A stretch of DNA of 64,000 nucleotides, taken from the NCBI GenBank assembly GCA_963829055.1, contig CAWHHI010000020.1, positions 984,695 through 1,048,694 on the forward strand, written 5' to 3'. Positions 60,835 to 64,000 of the stretch are shown piece after piece. The notes under the pieces were generated by a model. That model did not search any database. It saw only the letters and a list, made by a program, of their open reading frames with translations, and was not told where the DNA came from. Each line of letters starts with the position of its first letter. Position 1 is the stretch's first letter. This DNA is from an uncultured Gemmatimonadaceae bacterium. Lineage in GTDB: Bacteria > Gemmatimonadota > Gemmatimonadetes > Gemmatimonadales > Gemmatimonadaceae. The position numbers were made by a program, and so were the translations under genes.

Positions 60835-61434
60835 ATGAGACTCCCGATCCTCGCTACCGCATCGTTCATCGCGATTGCCACGGCGTGCGGCGGTTCGCCC
60901 GACCGCGACGTCGCCACCGCCAGAGTCGCACCGCCCAGTGTGCCGCGCTCTGAGCTCAGCCTCGCTCGTGATACAGCCGTTGTCCTCGACAGTGCCGACG
61001 CCTTGATCGCCCGCGACTCATCGGTTGGCCTGGTCACCGTCGACGAGTTCAACCGACCTCGCGTCCGGTCGGTACGCGCATTTCGCCTCAAGCGTCCCAC
61101 AACGGCGCGCGAGCGATTCACGGTCTTCATTCTCACCCGCGCGTCCACGCGGAAGATCGATCAGATCGCGAAGAACCCGCTCGTGACGCTCTACTTCAAC
61201 GAGGACCAGCGCGCCACCTACGCGACCATCATGGGCCGAGCGACGGTGCATCGGGATCCGAGGAATCCGCGACTCCAGTCGTTCCTCGACTCAGCGACAG
61301 TGAAGTTCTTCTGGCCAGCGTTTCCACGAGACTTCGTGATGATCGAAGTGACGCCGGACTGGCTGGAGTTCATCGGGCCCGGACTCTGGAACGATCCGGA
61401 CACGTGGCGTCCGCAGGCAGTCGTTTTTCAGTAG
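60835..61434 (+). CDS. Pyridoxamine 5'-phosphate oxidase-like (FMN-binding split barrel) lipoprotein
   Basis: Lipobox-like ATAC; LVTVD..RPRVR, TRKIDQIAKNPLVTLY and IEVTPDWLE motifs. Confidence 0.75.
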   Translation: MRLPILATASFIAIATACGGSPDRDVATARVAPPSVPRSELSLARDTAVVLDSADALIARDSSVGLVTVDEFNRPRVRSVRAFRLKRPTTARERFTVFILTRASTRKIDQIAKNPLVTLYFNEDQRATYATIMGRATVHRDPRNPRLQSFLDSATVKFFWPAFPRDFVMIEVTPDWLEFIGPGLWNDPDTWRPQAVVFQ

Positions 61435-61470
61435 CGCCGCTCTCCGGCTGCGCGAGCGCCCGAGCTACCC

Positions 61471-63893
61471 CTAACGAGGCTTGAGGGCGACGGCGGGATC
61501 CACGCGCGTCGCACGCCGCGCGGGGAGGTAGCCGCCGCAAGCCGCGACGACCACCAACGCGACGAGCGTCGCCGAGAACGTCACCACGTCGAACGACCCC
61601 ACGTCGTACAGGAGCCCGCGAATCGCCCGCGACGCCATCCAGGACAACGGGAGCCCGACGCGAGCCCCAGAGCCGCCAGACGCCCGGTCTCCGCGAGGAT
61701 TCCACGACGCACGCCATCCGCGGTCGCGCCTAACGCCATCCGGATCCCGATCTCCTGCGTCCGCTGGCTCACCGAATACGAGATCACGGCGTACACCCCG
61801 AGCGCGGACAGCACGACGCCGAACATCGCAAACCCGGCGACGAGCATCACGACGAATCGACGCGCGAACACCGAGCGATCCACCAGGTCCTGCATCGTGC
61901 GGAAGTGCGCGACGGGTAAGTTGGGATCCGTGCGGCGGAGCGCGGCACGCACGCCCGCGATGAGACCGGCCGTCGACGAGTTGCTTCCTCGCACCACCAG
62001 ATCCACCGAGTTGTATCCCCCAGATTGGCCGATCGGAAAGTACATCTCGCGCTCGACGTCACGATCGAGCGCGAAGTACCTCACCGCGCCGACCACGCCG
62101 ATCACGCGGCGCGGAGTGCCGCCCGCCAACATCATCCGGCCGATCGGATCCTGCCCGGGCCACAGCTCGTCCGCGAGAACCTGATTGATGACCGCCACCG
62201 GCTCACTGCCCGGAACGTCGGCCGCGGTGAACGCACTCCCCGAACGGAGTGGAATGCGCATGGTGTCGAAGTACCCCGCATCGACCATGCGCACGAGCGG
62301 CCCTTCACGCCGCGTGGAGTCCCTGGGCGCTCCAACCGGGCGTGCACCCCACCTGCGCCACCCATAGTTGTCGCCTAACGGCAGCGCATCCGTGAGCGCG
62401 ACCGACGCGACGCCGGGTACGGCGCCCACCGTTCGCACCAGCCCGTCGAGGTACGCCCGTCGCTCGGCCCCCGTCTTCTCTCCCGACGGCTGATCCACGC
62501 GCAGCGCGATGACGTTCTCGGTCGCGTAGCCGGGTTTGACGTCCAGCACCCGCGACAGACTTCGCGTCAGCAATCCGGCGCCCGTGAGCAGCACGCATGC
62601 CAGGGCCAGCTCGGCCACCACGACGACGCGACGCAGCCATCCGCTCCGCCGTCCCGCGGATGCGCGCGAACTCTCGGCGAGCGTCTCGCGGACATCGACG
62701 CCGAGCGTTTGCAGCGCCGGTAGAAGTCCGAACGCTATCCCGGTGACGATCGCAAGCAACGCGGTGAACGTGAACACCATGCCGTCGACGCGCACCTCGC
62801 GCAGGAGTGGAATCACCGTGCCCTGAAGCCGCGAGACGCTCGCGGTGGCGACGGCTGCGATGGCGAGGCCGAGCATCGCGCCGCCGGCACCGAGTACCAG
62901 GCTCTCGATCAGCATCTGCCGGATGAGCTGACGCGGTGCCGCGCCTAGCGCCGAACGAATTGCCATCTCCCGGCGCCGCACCGAAGCGCGGACGAGGAGC
63001 AGGTTCGACAGGTTCGCGCACACGAGCAGCATGAGGAACCCGACGGCGCCTGCGAGCGCGAGCAACGCGGTCTGGAATCGGCCACTCACGCGATCGCGCA
63101 GAGGACTCAGCGTCGGCGTGAAGCGGTTTCGCGGTTGGCCGTCCATCCTCGAACGCGGAACGTTCGCTGCGATCGTCGTCGCCTCCACTTGTGCGTCGCC
63201 CAGGCGCACGTTGTTCTTGAGTCGCCCAATGAGCGCCAGCATGTTGCCCTGACGATCCGTCTCGAGCGCCAGCGGGAACGCGAGAAACACGTCCGCTGGG
63301 CGCCCTGGTGAAAACGTCCCCTCGAAGTCGAAGCTCGGCGGCAGGACACCGATCACGGTGACTGGCTCACCGTCGAGGAGGATGGACTGCCCGACAATCC
63401 GCGGATCCGCACCGAAGCGTCGCACGAAGAAGCGATGATCGAGCACCGCGGCTCTCGGTCCGCCGAGGCGACTCTCCGCGTCATCGAAGAAGCGACCGTA
63501 CGCAGCGCTCACGCCGAGCAGCGGGAAGAACGACTGCGTCACGGGGACGCCGGTGATTCGCTCCGGATCGGTCGATCCGCCGAGTCGAATGTCTCCTGGT
63601 CCGTAGAACGCGTTGAAGCCGGCCACGCCGTCGAACGAGCGATTCTGCTCGACCAGCGACTGGAAGTTGGAGACCTGAGTGGTCTGCGAAGAGAGATTCT
63701 CGGAGCTGCCGTTGGCGATCCACACGAGTCGCTCCGGCTCGCGAAATGGTAGCGGGCGAAGAAGGAGCGCCTGACACAGACCGAACACGGTGGTGCTCGC
63801 ACCGATTCCAAGGCCGGCGATCGCGATCGAGAACACGGTGGCCGCGAGGTCACGTCGTAGTGATCTCGCGGCGTAACGGAGGTCTCTCAGCAT
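61471..63893 (-). CDS. ADOP/MacB-like duplicated ABC transporter permease (frameshift near 61655)
   Basis: DLRYAARSL, LGIGASTTVF, LLVCANLSNLLL, REMAIRSALGA and RTQEIGIRMALGA motifs; RRATRVDPAVALKPR* tail in the adjacent frame. Confidence 0.92.
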
Positions 63894-64000
63894 CGGATCG
63901 AGGGTTCGGATCGAGGGCGGGAGGAGTCCGGGACGAACGGCACTCCGGTTTCGACAGCGCCTCGGTTGGAATCGTTGGAACGGCGGCCGAGGTGGCCACG

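Overview
GC-rich bacterial chromosomal segment. The gene repertoire (many secreted peptidases and hydrolases, an ADOP-type ABC permease, a Hanks kinase, TolB-like/CehA proteins) suggests Gemmatimonadota; this is inference only. About 50 protein-coding genes are present, roughly a third interrupted by single-base frameshifts that are most simply explained as long-read indel errors. No rRNA, tRNA, CRISPR array or transposase was recognised. Four signals stand out. (1) A three-gene minus-strand operon at 20892-27778 encodes a DUF4956 membrane protein, a PPK1 carrying extra N-terminal CYTH-like and degenerate Nudix-like domains, and a secreted atypical kinase-like domain fused to an Omp85-type beta-barrel; this is a candidate polyphosphate-fuelled envelope phosphorylation system. 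(2) The non-palindromic heptamer CCTAACG/CGTTAGG occurs about once per kb on both strands, in several reading frames and often through rare codons. (3) A family of nested-palindrome REP-doublet/MITE-like elements (GTCATTCCGAGCG...CGCTCGGAATGAC) has polar head duplications and has altered the ends of neighbouring genes. (4) A structured leader able to sequester the Shine-Dalgarno sequence lies upstream of an ankyrin-like gene. All family assignments come from motif recognition by eye; no database searches were run.
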